From: Niabella sp.
Lineage (GTDB): Bacteria > Bacteroidota > Bacteroidia > Chitinophagales > Chitinophagaceae
Length of the DNA: 40,980 nt
Assembly: GCA_039811305.1 (NCBI GenBank)
Contig: JBDHYK010000001.1
Location: 1-40,980, forward strand
Direction: 5' to 3'
In this document: positions 18,737 to 29,341 of the stretch, one piece after another
Layout: each line of letters starts with the position of its first letter
Numbering within the stretch: position 1 is the first letter of the stretch
Made by a program: the position numbers and the translations under genes
The notes under the pieces: generated by a model
The model's input: only the letters and a program-made list of their open reading frames with translations
Databases searched by the model: none
Told to the model about the DNA's origin: nothing

Positions 18737-19839
18737 TATTTTATTTCATTTAATATTTCGCTGGCCACTCTTTCATCCGCATCTCTGATTGCTAACTTTT
18801 CCAAATTGCTACGCATTTGCGCCTGTAAGACTTTATCCTTTGCGAGTTTTAGTATCCATTGTATTCCTTTTTCTTTTACCTCGCTATCTTTAACCATCCA
18901 GGCAGCATTTTCATTTACCAATTGCATTGCATTTGCTGTTTGATGATCTTCGGCAGCAAAGGGGTAAGGCACAAACAAAGTAGGGCGTTTCGTAACGCAG
19001 ATTTCGGTTACCGTCATAGCGCCTGCGCGAGCCATAACAATATCTGCTGCTGCATACGCAATCTGCATTTCTGTTATAAACTCATTTACCCAAACACCCT
19101 TCTTCGTTTTCATACCATCAATGAGATGTGCATCAATGGATTTGCCTGTTTGCCAGATCACCTGCAATCCTGCTTGCAGCAATTGATCGAGTTGTTGCAA
19201 AATCGTTTCATTGATTGACTTCGCACCTAAGCTGCCCCCTATTACCAACACGGTTGTTTTATCGGGGTCTAATGAAAAATAAGCAAGCGCTGCTTCCCGG
19301 CTTACCCCCCCCTCTGCAATATTCTTTCTTACCGGATTTCCTGTAACCAGTATCTTTTGTGCAGGAAAGAACTTCTCCATACCTTTTGAACCGGTAAATA
19401 TTCTGGCAGCTCGCTTTCCTAATAAAACATTGCTTTTGCCTGCATAAGAATTCGACTCGTGAATAAAGGTTGGGATGCCCTTATTCTGCGCATACCGCAA
19501 TACGGGATAGGTTGAATACCCTCCCACACCTAATACGGCATCTGGCTGGAATGCACTAAAAATTGTTCTCACTTGAAAAAAACTTTTCAGCAATTTGATC
19601 GGCAATCCAATATTCTTAATCAAAGAACTTCTGTTAAACCCTGCAATGTCAATACCTTTAATGGGATATCCTGCCTGTGGCACCTTCTCCATTTCCATTT
19701 TCCCTTTTGCCCCAACAAAGAGTATTTCTATATTGCTATCTTTTCGTTTAAGTGCATTCGCAATAGCCAGTGCCGGAAAGATATGCCCTCCTGTACCTCC
19801 CCCCGCTATGATGATCTTTTTATGCACTCTATTCTCCAT
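18736..19839 (-). CDS. murG: Undecaprenyl-PP-MurNAc-pentapeptide GlcNAc transferase
   Basis: AGGGTGGHIFPA, GNPVR, GGSLGA, DHQTANA. Start uncertain (19851, 19839 or 19827). Confidence 0.96.
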   Translation of the reverse strand: MENRVHKKIIIAGGGTGGHIFPALAIANALKRKDSNIEILFVGAKGKMEMEKVPQAGYPIKGIDIAGFNRSSLIKNIGLPIKLLKSFFQVRTIFSAFQPDAVLGVGGYSTYPVLRYAQNKGIPTFIHESNSYAGKSNVLLGKRAARIFTGSKGMEKFFPAQKILVTGNPVRKNIAEGGVSREAALAYFSLDPDKTTVLVIGGSLGAKSINETILQQLDQLLQAGLQVIWQTGKSIDAHLIDGMKTKKGVWVNEFITEMQIAYAAADIVMARAGAMTVTEICVTKRPTLFVPYPFAAEDHQTANAMQLVNENAAWMVKDSEVKEKGIQWILKLAKDKVLQAQMRSNLEKLAIRDADERVASEILNEIK

Positions 19840-21133
19840 TTTCTGTTTCAACTATTTTTTTTACTACTTGCTTTTCCATCGTTTCCACGTTTCTGGATAC
19901 GCTTAAAATAATGCCAATAGCTAAGCAGGTAAACAAAAAACTGGACCCTCCCATACTTACCAAAGGCAGTGTAACACCCGTAACGGGAAAAAGATTCACG
20001 GTTACCGCCATATTCGCTACGGCTTGTATTACTAATGTAAAACTCAGGCCTAAGGCCAGGAATGCTCCAAAAGCAAAGGGGCATTTCTTGAAGATTCTTA
20101 TACAACGATAAAGAAACACAATATAAACAAACAATATAAACGCTCCGCCCAACAAACCATACTCCTCAATGATAATTGCGAAAATAAAATCGTTATAAGC
20201 CTGAGGAAGAAAATTTCTTGCACTGCTATTGCCGGGCCCCACACCAAGAATTCCACCATTTGCAATTGCAATCTTTGCCTGGTTCACCTGATACATTTCG
20301 TCATTATCCGCTTCGTTGCCACCATACATAAAATTTTCTACCCGGCCCACCCAGGTGTCAACCCGGGCAAGAAGCCCGCCTGTGGACTTCTTCATGTTCG
20401 CAAGTGTTGGCGAATGATCAGTTTCTTTTTCCTGTTCAGCAGCATGCCTTGCCGTGGCGGCTATAATCAGTGCGATGATGGGTATCAGGGCGATTCCCAC
20501 TACCAGCAGGAGGTGCCTGTTGCGAACCCTACCCATAAACAACAATACCATGCAACTGGCTCCCAACAGAAGTGCTGTGGATAAATTTGCAGGTGCAATT
20601 AAAACACAGACAATTGCAACCGGAATGATGACAGGCAAAAATCCTTTTTTAAAATCGCGGATCACTTGTTGCTTCCTGCTGAGCATTCTTGCCAAAAACA
20701 TGAACAGCGCCAGTTTTGCCAGATCGGAAGTTTGCATGGTGAGGTTTATAATGGGCAGGCGTATCCAACGACTTCCTTCATTCATACGCACTCCAAAAAA
20801 CAGGGTGTATAAAAGAAGCGGAATACATAATACGAAAAGGATTTTTGCAACTTTAGAATAGATTGTATAATTCACCCGATGTGCAAAATAAATAATGGCA
20901 AAGCCTATTAAAATAAAAGCAACCTGTTTAAAAAGATAGACTTCTGTATTTCCTTTATAATTTTTGTACGCCAAAGAACCTGTAGCACTATAAACGGCTA
21001 ATAAAGACACTAACGTTAATAGTACCACCAATGCCCATATAACTTTATCGCCACGGGTATGCCTGTCAATATTCTCCTTCCAGGTTATGGATGAAGCGTG
21101 CTTGTGTGCATGTATTTCAGTAGTTGCCGACAT
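19829..21133 (-). CDS. ftsW: SEDS family peptidoglycan polymerase FtsW
   Basis: Multi-TM; SRWI, QTSDLAK, DFIFAIIIEEYG, TGVTLPLVSMGGSS. Confidence 0.95.
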   Translation of the reverse strand: MSATTEIHAHKHASSITWKENIDRHTRGDKVIWALVVLLTLVSLLAVYSATGSLAYKNYKGNTEVYLFKQVAFILIGFAIIYFAHRVNYTIYSKVAKILFVLCIPLLLYTLFFGVRMNEGSRWIRLPIINLTMQTSDLAKLALFMFLARMLSRKQQVIRDFKKGFLPVIIPVAIVCVLIAPANLSTALLLGASCMVLLFMGRVRNRHLLLVVGIALIPIIALIIAATARHAAEQEKETDHSPTLANMKKSTGGLLARVDTWVGRVENFMYGGNEADNDEMYQVNQAKIAIANGGILGVGPGNSSARNFLPQAYNDFIFAIIIEEYGLLGGAFILFVYIVFLYRCIRIFKKCPFAFGAFLALGLSFTLVIQAVANMAVTVNLFPVTGVTLPLVSMGGSSFLFTCLAIGIILSVSRNVETMEKQVVKKIVETENGE

Positions 21134-21139
21134 CTTTCT

Positions 21140-22477
21140 TTATAATTCTATCACTGCTTTTTTAAACTGGTTTCCCCGATCTTCATAATTTACAAACCTG
21201 TCAAAACTGGCACAGGCAGGGCTTAATAGTACTACATCTCCCTTAGTAGCATTGGAGAAGCCCACCTGAACGGCTTCTGCTGCGCTTTCCACGTCCACGA
21301 TAGGGCAGCCCAGGGTTGCAAAAACTTCGTGTATTTTTCTATTATCCTTACCCAAACAAATAATTGTTTTTACTTTATCTTTTACCAGATCTAATAATAA
21401 GGTATAGTCGTTTCCCTTGTCTAATCCACCTAAAATAAGTATCGTTGGCTTTGTCATACTTTCCAAAGCATACCAGGTTGAATTAATATTGGTGGCTTTG
21501 CTATCATTAACAAACTCTACCCCTCTTATAGTAGCAACAGGCTCCATTCTGTGTTCCAAACTTTGATAGGTAAATACAGCCTCCCGAATTTTATCTTTTC
21601 GGATATTCATTGTTACGCCTGCCACACATGCTGCCATGGTATTGTATTGGTTATGTTTCCCTTTTAGTGTAAAATCATAAATGCTCATTGTCATGAACTC
21701 TTCTCCCGTTCTAATGTACATATCGCCATCTTTGATAAAAGCCTCGTTATTTTCGTTTGCCATGCTAATGGGTAATGGGTTTGCGTGAATGAAAAAATTG
21801 TTAATATGATTCATGGTTACTTCATCATCACTGTTGTAGATAAAGTAATCGCCTGACTGTTGATTTTCAATAATTCGAAATTTACTTTTGATGTAATTTT
21901 CTATTTGATACTCGTACCGGTCTAAATGATCCTCAGTAATATTGGTTAGCACGGCAATATGCGGCCTGAATGTTTGAATGTCATCCAACTGAAAACTACT
22001 TACTTCTACAACATACACGGGCTTGGGGTTTTGGGCAACCTGCCGGGCAAAAGAAGTTCCTATGTTTCCCACAAGCGCTGCATCCAAGCCGCCGGTCTTG
22101 CATACATGATAAATCAATGAGGTGGTGGTAGTTTTTCCGTTGCTCCCAGTTATGGCAAGGATGGTACTATTGCCCGCATAACGATAGGCAAATTCAATTT
22201 CGCTGATTATGGGTATGCCGGCCTTACGAATCTTTTTTACTAAGTCATTCTTCTCGGGTATTCCCGGGCTCTTCATAATTTCATCGGCTTGTAAAATACG
22301 ATGCTCATCATGGCTGCCTTCTTCCCATGCTATGGCCGCCTGTATGAGTTCATTACGATAAATGTCCTTTAAAGAACCTGCATCAGAAAGAAAAACATCA
22401 TACCCTTTTTGCTGCGCCAATAAGGCTGCACCAATGCCACTTTCACCCCCACCCAGTATGACTAACTTTTTCTTCAT
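21140..22477 (-). CDS. murD: UDP-N-acetylmuramoyl-L-alanine--D-glutamate ligase
   Basis: ILGGGESG, TGSNGKTTT, EVSSFQL, NDSKATN, LSPACASFD. ATG 22477 overlaps the mraY stop (TAATG). Confidence 0.97.
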   Translation of the reverse strand: MKKKLVILGGGESGIGAALLAQQKGYDVFLSDAGSLKDIYRNELIQAAIAWEEGSHDEHRILQADEIMKSPGIPEKNDLVKKIRKAGIPIISEIEFAYRYAGNSTILAITGSNGKTTTTSLIYHVCKTGGLDAALVGNIGTSFARQVAQNPKPVYVVEVSSFQLDDIQTFRPHIAVLTNITEDHLDRYEYQIENYIKSKFRIIENQQSGDYFIYNSDDEVTMNHINNFFIHANPLPISMANENNEAFIKDGDMYIRTGEEFMTMSIYDFTLKGKHNQYNTMAACVAGVTMNIRKDKIREAVFTYQSLEHRMEPVATIRGVEFVNDSKATNINSTWYALESMTKPTILILGGLDKGNDYTLLLDLVKDKVKTIICLGKDNRKIHEVFATLGCPIVDVESAAEAVQVGFSNATKGDVVLLSPACASFDRFVNYEDRGNQFKKAVIEL

Positions 22478-23754
22478 TATCGTAATTTTAGCGTTACCAC
22501 ACTTATCACCACTAATAAAATGGTTACAATCCAAAACCGGGTTACAATTTTTGCTTCGTGATAATTTTTCTTTTGAAAATGATGGTGGATCGGAGTCATT
22601 AAAAAGATACGCCGGCCTTCACCATACTTTCTCTTTGTGTATTTGAAATACCCAACCTGCAGCATCACGCTAAGGTTTTCTACCAAAAAGACGCCACAAA
22701 AGATGGGTATCAATAGTTCTTTATGAACAATAATCGCAATGGCGGCAATTAGCCCACCCAGCGTCAAACTACCGGTGTCGCCCATAAACACCTGGGCAGG
22801 ATAGGTGTTGTACCAAAGAAAGCCAACGCATGCCCCGATCATCGCTGCAAGAAAAATAGACAGCTCGCCTAAATTGGGGATATACATGATATTAAGATAG
22901 TCGGCAAACAGAAAATTACCACTAGCATAAGCGAATATCCCCAATATGACCCCAATTAACGCTGCGGTGCCCGTAGCCAAACCATCCAAACCATCCGTAA
23001 TGTTGGCACCATTTGAAACCGCTGTGATAATAAAAATTACTACCAATATATATACCACCCAAGTGTACTGTCTAAGCGAAGCGGGAAGCAGTTTTGAGTA
23101 ATTAAACTCGTGATTCTTTACAAAAGGAATTGTAGTAATCGGCTCCTTGGTTATCACAAAATGCTTCGGTTGGTTATTGATTGTTCGGGTTACAATAGTG
23201 GTATCCCCTGCTCTGGGTGTACCCATGTATTCTCTCCAAATAGTTACATGGCTGTTAAAATACAGCACAGCACCAATGGTAATACCCAGGCCAACCTGGC
23301 CTAATATTTTTAACCAGCCCGCCAGTCCATCTTTATCGCCTTTTTTGTAATCAATCCCCTGCTCTTTTGCTATACGCTTTGCCCTTAATTTCAGGTAGTC
23401 ATCTAAAAAACCGATCGCACCTAACCATACTGTTGCAATCAACATCACAATAATATAAACTGTATTCAATTTTGCGAGGAGTAGGGTTGGGACTAAGATT
23501 CCCAAAATGATGATTATACCCCCCATGGTCGGAACCCCTTTTTTCAAATTCTCTCCGCATAGTCCCAATTCTCTTACCGACTCTCCAACCAATCTTCTGC
23601 GCAGCATATTAATAAGGCGCTTGCCGAAAACAAGTGTAATTGTCAAAGCCAATAGTACTGCCATCATTACCCTAAAGGTGATAAAGTCCATCAAGGACCT
23701 CCCGGGAAAACTGATCCCGTTCAATTTAAACCACTCGAATAAATGATATAACAT
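22477..23754 (-). CDS. mraY: Phospho-N-acetylmuramoyl-pentapeptide transferase
   Basis: PTMGG, GFLDDY, NITDGLDGL, FMGDTGS, PIHHHF. Confidence 0.97.
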   Translation of the reverse strand: MLYHLFEWFKLNGISFPGRSLMDFITFRVMMAVLLALTITLVFGKRLINMLRRRLVGESVRELGLCGENLKKGVPTMGGIIIILGILVPTLLLAKLNTVYIIVMLIATVWLGAIGFLDDYLKLRAKRIAKEQGIDYKKGDKDGLAGWLKILGQVGLGITIGAVLYFNSHVTIWREYMGTPRAGDTTIVTRTINNQPKHFVITKEPITTIPFVKNHEFNYSKLLPASLRQYTWVVYILVVIFIITAVSNGANITDGLDGLATGTAALIGVILGIFAYASGNFLFADYLNIMYIPNLGELSIFLAAMIGACVGFLWYNTYPAQVFMGDTGSLTLGGLIAAIAIIVHKELLIPIFCGVFLVENLSVMLQVGYFKYTKRKYGEGRRIFLMTPIHHHFQKKNYHEAKIVTRFWIVTILLVVISVVTLKLR

Positions 23755-23802
23755 ACGTTTTGGGGTTGTTCTTCTTTCTTAGTGAAGAAGATTTTTTAAA
23801 AT

Positions 23803-25266
23803 TTACTTGTTCAACAATTCAAATATTTCTTTCACAACTTCTTTGTCATCGAAATGCGATTTCACACCCTGAACATCCTGGTAGTTCTCGTGTCCTTTGC
23901 CTGCTACTAATACAATATCATCCGGAGCCGCCAAATTGATAGCTGCTTTTATCGCTTCTTTTCTGCTTTCTATTGAAATCGTTTTTCTGCGGGCAGCGGC
24001 GGGCACTCCGGCTTCCATATCTTTTATAATGGCAGCCGGGTTTTCAAAGCGGGGATTGTCGCTGGTAAATATCACTTTATCGCTATGCTCACAAGCTACC
24101 TCTGCCATGATGGGTCGTTTGGTAGTGTCTCTGTTGCCACCGCAGCCAACTACCGTAATAACCTGTTCAGTTCCTTTTCGTAATTTTTTAATGGTAGCCA
24201 ACACATTCAGCAGCGCATCCGGAGTATGTGCATAATCTACAATGGCAATAACTTTATCTCTTGGCGAAATCAAATAATCAAACCGGCCTTCAGCGCCCGT
24301 AAGGGTGCTTAAAGTAGTGAGAACCTCCTGCTTACTTTCGCCAAGGCAAATTGCCGCTCCATAAACTGCCAACAGATTGTACGCGTTAAATTCTCCGATC
24401 AGTCTAAAATGCACCTCGGTTTGATCCACCAACACCTGTAGGCCCATCATACTATTGTCAACCACCTTTCCTTTAAAATCGCTCACCGACTTTAAACTGT
24501 ATGTCTTTACAATGGCGGGTGTATTTTGAACCATTACCATTCCTCGTTTGTCGTCCAGGTTGGTAATGGCAAAAGCTTCTTTCGGCAAGCTGTCAAAAAA
24601 CTTTTTCTTAACCTGAATATATTCGTTAAAGGTCTTGTGATAGTCTAAGTGATCGTGTGTGATATTGCTAAAAATTCCAACTGCAAAAACCAGCCCTTCT
24701 ATGCGATGCTGATGAATGGCATGTGAACTTACCTCCATAAACACATGACTGCACCCCTCCATCACCATCTGGTGCAATAACACATTCAAACTCACTGCAT
24801 CGGGCGTTGTATGTGTGGACAGGATTGCTTTTGAACCAATTTTATTTTCAACCGTACTTATCAATCCACAATGAAACCCAAGGGCTGTATATAATTTGTA
24901 AAGCAGGGTGGCAATGGTTGTCTTGCCGTTGGTGCCGGTTACCCCTGTTAATTTTAATTTGGTGGAAGGCAGTCCGAAAAAATTATGAGCCATGATCCCC
25001 GACGCAATCGTACTGTCAGACACCTGCACATACACGATATTTTCTACTAAGGTCTGGGGCAGAATTTCACATACGATTCCAATCGCTCCATTTTCTATTG
25101 CCTTATTTATGAACAGGTGCCCATCCGAAGTGGCACCTTTAATGGCAATGAAAACAGACCCGCCCTGCGCATTACGGGAATCTATACAAATATCGCTTAC
25201 CTCAATTGCAGTATTGCCCTGCACTGAAAGTAATTTTGTTTTATATAATACATCCTGTAATAACAT
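23803..25266 (-). CDS. murE: UDP-MurNAc-L-Ala-D-Glu--diaminopimelate ligase
   Basis: TGTNGKTT, MEVSSH, HLDYH, DYAHTPD, SDNPR (DAP-type), GKGHE. Confidence 0.97.
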   Translation of the reverse strand: MLLQDVLYKTKLLSVQGNTAIEVSDICIDSRNAQGGSVFIAIKGATSDGHLFINKAIENGAIGIVCEILPQTLVENIVYVQVSDSTIASGIMAHNFFGLPSTKLKLTGVTGTNGKTTIATLLYKLYTALGFHCGLISTVENKIGSKAILSTHTTPDAVSLNVLLHQMVMEGCSHVFMEVSSHAIHQHRIEGLVFAVGIFSNITHDHLDYHKTFNEYIQVKKKFFDSLPKEAFAITNLDDKRGMVMVQNTPAIVKTYSLKSVSDFKGKVVDNSMMGLQVLVDQTEVHFRLIGEFNAYNLLAVYGAAICLGESKQEVLTTLSTLTGAEGRFDYLISPRDKVIAIVDYAHTPDALLNVLATIKKLRKGTEQVITVVGCGGNRDTTKRPIMAEVACEHSDKVIFTSDNPRFENPAAIIKDMEAGVPAAARRKTISIESRKEAIKAAINLAAPDDIVLVAGKGHENYQDVQGVKSHFDDKEVVKEIFELLNK

Positions 25267-25311
25267 TCTACTAGTTTATTTAAGTTTTTCTACAACCTCC
25301 TTATGCAGTCT

Positions 25312-27444
25312 CTAACTCAATCCCAATACAACGACTTGTCCTTTTGAAAAAGCAGCACCCGCTGCTACAGACTGAGTTTGCACTTTACCATTGCCTTGTA
25401 TATGCACTTTTAAACCCATTGGCTCCAGTAACCGGATGGCATCCCTCAACCCCATCCCCCGTACATTGGGCATTACATCACTCCGCACCACATTTGTTTT
25501 CATTACGGATTTATAATTCTGTGCATACAAGTTCACCCAATTGTTGTGCTGGGCCGAGTCCACAAAGGGAACCTGCAAAGCACCCAATACACTTTTTATG
25601 GATCGGGCATTACCGGCATAAAAGAATGCTGTACTGTCCACAGCCCCCCCATACCCTTTGGGAGTTTTTCTATCTACATACATCGAATACACTTTAGTAG
25701 CGATATCTTTAAAAACAGGTGCAGCCAGTTGGCCTCCATAATACAAACCCGCACCCGCCTTTGTACGAATGAGAACAATACAAGAGTATTGTGGATTTTG
25801 AGCAGGGAAATAACCCACAAAAGAGGCTTGATAAATTCCTGCGTGGTATTTGGTATCGCCGTCTGCAACTTTTGCAGTACCTGTTTTTCCGGCTACGAGA
25901 AATGGCATATCTTTAAAAACATACTTGCCAGATCCTTCGGTGATGGTAAGCTCCAATGCCTTTTTTGCGGCTTCCAAAGTTTTAGGCTTGCAGATTTCAT
26001 CATCCAACACTTTAGGTTCCATCTCTTTTACCAACACTCCCTTGTTTCGGATGGCGGTAACTAAATAAGGGCTTACCATCACACCATTGTTCGCAATAGC
26101 GTTATAAAGCGTAAGCGTTTGCAAAGGACTTATCTGAACCGCATAACCAAAGCTCATTGTAACCAAATTCATCACTCCCCCGTTTTCTTTTTCTAACGGA
26201 GCCACGCGTGGGCTGGGTACCGCACTCAAATCAATGGTGGATTTGGTGTTCAAATGATATTTTGTAAGATACTTTTTAAACTCAATGGGGTTGCTACCAA
26301 ACCCTTTCAAAGCCACCTTCCCCATTCCTACGTTAGAACTGTGTGCAATACATTCTTCAATAGTTATTACAGGCTTGTACATGCGGTGTGCGTCGGTAAT
26401 TATTCTGGGGCCTACCTGCATGCTGCCAGAACTGCCTACTTCTATAAGGTCGCCGGGTTTAGAAGAGCCTTTGTCTAATGCCGCTAAAAAAGTGGCTAAT
26501 TTAATGGTAGAGCCTGGCTCGGTATTCCTTAGCGCATAGTTATCGTTTTCCCAATATATCGTGTCTCCTGGCGTTCTTCCTAAATTAGCAATTGCTTTGA
26601 TCTTTCCTGTTTTTGTTTCCATCAATATTGCCGTACCGTATTCCGCCTGTGCTTGTTTCACCATTCCCAGTAAGGCGTTTTCAACAATATCTTGCATGTT
26701 CACATCCAACGTAGTGTAGATGTCTTTCCCGTTTTCGGGCTCTATCTGAGAGCCTTCTACCGGCACCGCACCTCCTGAAATGAAGCGCATAACGCGCTTG
26801 CCATTGTGGCCATTCAAAAGACTGTCGTAACTCATCTCCAAGCCTACATTCATCTTTTTGATTTTACCATCGCTGTTTACATACTCGCGGCTAAGTCCTA
26901 CAGTTCTGTTGGCCAATAAACCAAAAGGAGCTATACGTTTGTTGTTTTCTTCTACTATGATGCCGCTCTTGTTTTTACCTAATTTCACCAAAGGAAAACT
27001 TCTTAATGCTTTATAATCTTCGAACGAAATTTTTTTCTTCAGCGGATAGTAGCGGGTACCCTTCTTGTAGGCAACGTCAAATTCCTGTTTGTACTGCCGA
27101 GCAGTCTTATCTTTAAAATAGCCAGCCATGGCACGAGCAAAAGAATCTATATATTGCTTGTAAACTTTACCTTTTTTATCTCGTAAGCCATCTGCCATAA
27201 AATCCATGTAAATATCAAACTGAGGTAAGGAGGTGCTCAGCATCTGACCGTCTTCGCTAAAAATAGTTCCTCTGTCGGCGTTTACTTCTACAATTTTTTG
27301 GTGCATACTATCTCCCATTCCCCGCCAATGATCTCCCTGAACCTGCTGTACGATTGCTGCTTTTCCCAGCACGGCTGCAGCGAGAATAACAATACCGATG
27401 AAACTCAGGTACACCCTCCATAATATGTCTTTTTTAATTTCCAA
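25312..27444 (-). CDS. ftsI: Class B penicillin-binding protein (FtsI/PBP3) with C-terminal PASTA domain
   Basis: RGTIFSEDG, EPGSTIK (SxxK), SSN (SxN), KTGT, PNVRGMGLRDA PASTA; TTG start. Confidence 0.92.
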   Translation of the reverse strand: MEIKKDILWRVYLSFIGIVILAAAVLGKAAIVQQVQGDHWRGMGDSMHQKIVEVNADRGTIFSEDGQMLSTSLPQFDIYMDFMADGLRDKKGKVYKQYIDSFARAMAGYFKDKTARQYKQEFDVAYKKGTRYYPLKKKISFEDYKALRSFPLVKLGKNKSGIIVEENNKRIAPFGLLANRTVGLSREYVNSDGKIKKMNVGLEMSYDSLLNGHNGKRVMRFISGGAVPVEGSQIEPENGKDIYTTLDVNMQDIVENALLGMVKQAQAEYGTAILMETKTGKIKAIANLGRTPGDTIYWENDNYALRNTEPGSTIKLATFLAALDKGSSKPGDLIEVGSSGSMQVGPRIITDAHRMYKPVITIEECIAHSSNVGMGKVALKGFGSNPIEFKKYLTKYHLNTKSTIDLSAVPSPRVAPLEKENGGVMNLVTMSFGYAVQISPLQTLTLYNAIANNGVMVSPYLVTAIRNKGVLVKEMEPKVLDDEICKPKTLEAAKKALELTITEGSGKYVFKDMPFLVAGKTGTAKVADGDTKYHAGIYQASFVGYFPAQNPQYSCIVLIRTKAGAGLYYGGQLAAPVFKDIATKVYSMYVDRKTPKGYGGAVDSTAFFYAGNARSIKSVLGALQVPFVDSAQHNNWVNLYAQNYKSVMKTNVVRSDVMPNVRGMGLRDAIRLLEPMGLKVHIQGNGKVQTQSVAAGAAFSKGQVVVLGLS

Positions 27445-27449
27445 TTTCT

Positions 27450-27794
27450 TTATGGTATTTCTTCAAAATATTGTGCTATCGAATCTTTCAATACATAAGG
27501 CGACTGTTGTAACGCGTTCAATCCCAATGGCTGAAGTGCTTTTGCCAACTCACTGGGTTTGCTCCTGAACATCACTTCACTTTTCAAACTTTTATATTCC
27601 CATTGCAACTCCTTTACCTCCTTGGCTGTAACATTTATTTTTCTTACTGTTTTTTCAGCCGTGTGGCCATTATATATATAGAGTACCGCTAAAAAAGTTA
27701 AGTAGAAAATAAACGGCACCTGTTTCACAATGGATTGATAATTCAACCATTTCTTCCAATCAAACCAATATCTTTTATCACCACCTTCAGGCAT
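27450..27794 (-). CDS. ftsL: FtsL-like cell division protein
   Basis: Small bitopic protein with a coiled coil, between rsmH and ftsI. Confidence 0.82.
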   Translation of the reverse strand: MPEGGDKRYWFDWKKWLNYQSIVKQVPFIFYLTFLAVLYIYNGHTAEKTVRKINVTAKEVKELQWEYKSLKSEVMFRSKPSELAKALQPLGLNALQQSPYVLKDSIAQYFEEIP

Positions 27795-27825
27795 TTTTCA
27801 ACTCTTTTATAGGATCTTTGTTTTG

Positions 27826-28818
27826 TTATATTCTTTCTGCAACCCTCAGCTTGGCGCTTCGCGATCTGGGGTTGGCTTTTCGTTCTTCTTCGCTTGCTGT
27901 AATGGGTTTTTTTGTTATAACCCTGAATTCACTCTCAACCGGCGCATTACTGAAGGGGTTTTCCGGAGAGGCCTCAAAACTTCCGTTCTTAAAAAAAACT
28001 TTTACCAGCCTGTCTTCGATTGAGTGAAAGGTGATCACAGCAATTCTACCCTTTGGCTTCAGAAGCAATTTTGACTGCATCAACAATTCCTTCAACGCTT
28101 CCATTTCCTCGTTCACTTCTATTCGCAGTGCCTGAAACACCTGTGCAAAATATTTTGCAGGATTTCCTCTTACATTGCTCCTCAGTGCATTTTTAAAAGC
28201 CTCGGTGGTCTTTAAAGATGTTGTTTCACGTGCTGCCACGATAGCTTTTGCAAGGGTTTTAGAATTCGTCACCTCTCCATACTGTTCAAACAGGTGATGA
28301 AGGTGTTGCTCGCTGTAGGTTTGAACCACCTCAAACGCTGTTTTTGCTTGTCGACGATCCATCCGCATATCCAATTCTGCATTATAGCGGGTGCTAAACC
28401 CCCTGGAACCTTCATCAAACTGATGACTGCTTACACCCAGATCCGCCAACAGGCCATCCACACTATCAATTCCATGTAACCGTAAAAAACGTTGCACATA
28501 CCTGAAATTCTGAGGAAGGAACAGCAGGCGCTTGTCATCTGGCAGGTTTTGGGCTGCATCACTGTCCTGATCAAAGGCTATTAACCTTCCTGCGGGGCTT
28601 AATGCTTCCAAAATAGCCTTTGAGTGTCCGCCACCACCAAAAGTTACGTCCACATAAATGCCGGCTGGCTTCAATTGTAAACCTTCCAAACATTCCTTTA
28701 AAAGCACGGGTACATGGTAACTTCCGGTCTCGGATGGTTCAGCTTCAGGAGCCTGCAGTTTCTGTTTTTTTCTTTTTTCTTTCATAAAACTGCTTGTTTT
28801 AGACAAATCATTGCCCAC
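27826..28818 (-). CDS. rsmH: 16S rRNA m4C1402 methyltransferase RsmH (MraW)
   Basis: YHVPVLL, DVTFGGGGHS, DLGVSS, FQALRIEVN, NPRSRSAKLR. Start may be at 28785. Confidence 0.97.
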   Translation of the reverse strand: MGNDLSKTSSFMKEKRKKQKLQAPEAEPSETGSYHVPVLLKECLEGLQLKPAGIYVDVTFGGGGHSKAILEALSPAGRLIAFDQDSDAAQNLPDDKRLLFLPQNFRYVQRFLRLHGIDSVDGLLADLGVSSHQFDEGSRGFSTRYNAELDMRMDRRQAKTAFEVVQTYSEQHLHHLFEQYGEVTNSKTLAKAIVAARETTSLKTTEAFKNALRSNVRGNPAKYFAQVFQALRIEVNEEMEALKELLMQSKLLLKPKGRIAVITFHSIEDRLVKVFFKNGSFEASPENPFSNAPVESEFRVITKKPITASEEERKANPRSRSAKLRVAERI

Positions 28819-29257
28819 TCATTACAAGGCTCGCCAGGTCGTTGAACGTGCTGGGTGAAAATGAATCAAAGAACTGTTTGTATTTAGCACTGTCCCAAAT
28901 TTCCATACGGTTTCCCGCAGAGGCCAGCACAATGTCCTTTTTAAGTGCTGCATATTCTTTTAAAGCCGGAGGCAACAAAATTCTACCGGCGCTATCGGGT
29001 TCTACAAAGGTTGCCCCATTTAAAAAATACCGTTTAAACTCCCTTACCTTTGGGTCAAAATCATTTAAAGCATTTATCTTTTCGGCCAAAGGCTGCCAGG
29101 AACTTATTGGATACATGCTTAAACAACTTTCAAAACCCCGATTTATGACAAAACGTATCGTATCATCTTCTGACAACTGCTTTTTTAAAGCTGCCGGCAA
29201 TAGAAAACGGCCTTTGCTGTCAACCGTTGCTTCATATTCACCAAGAAGTATTGCCAT
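28808..29257 (-). CDS. mraZ: Transcriptional regulator MraZ
   Basis: Two DxxGR motifs (DSKGR, DSAGR), EIWD; start at ATG 29257. Confidence 0.95.
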   Translation of the reverse strand: MAILLGEYEATVDSKGRFLLPAALKKQLSEDDTIRFVINRGFESCLSMYPISSWQPLAEKINALNDFDPKVREFKRYFLNGATFVEPDSAGRILLPPALKEYAALKKDIVLASAGNRMEIWDSAKYKQFFDSFSPSTFNDLASLVMSGQ

Positions 29258-29289
29258 AATACGTTTTAAACTAAGGGTTTCAATAATTA

Positions 29290-29324
29290 CCACAAAATAA
29301 CACTTTTTCCCACTTATTTACCAA
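29290..29324 (-). promoter_or_regulatory. MraZ operator (GTGG-type boxes at 10-bp period)
   Basis: Minus strand TTGGTAAATAAGTGGGAAAAAGTGTTATTTTGTGG: GTGG, GTGT and GTGG start at 29313, 29303 and 29293. Confidence 0.75.
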
Positions 29325-29341
29325 ATTTTATCATATTAGTT

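Noticed and set aside
12273-29257. Absence of murF and ddl from the dcw cluster
   Set aside because: Usual arrangement in Bacteroidota.
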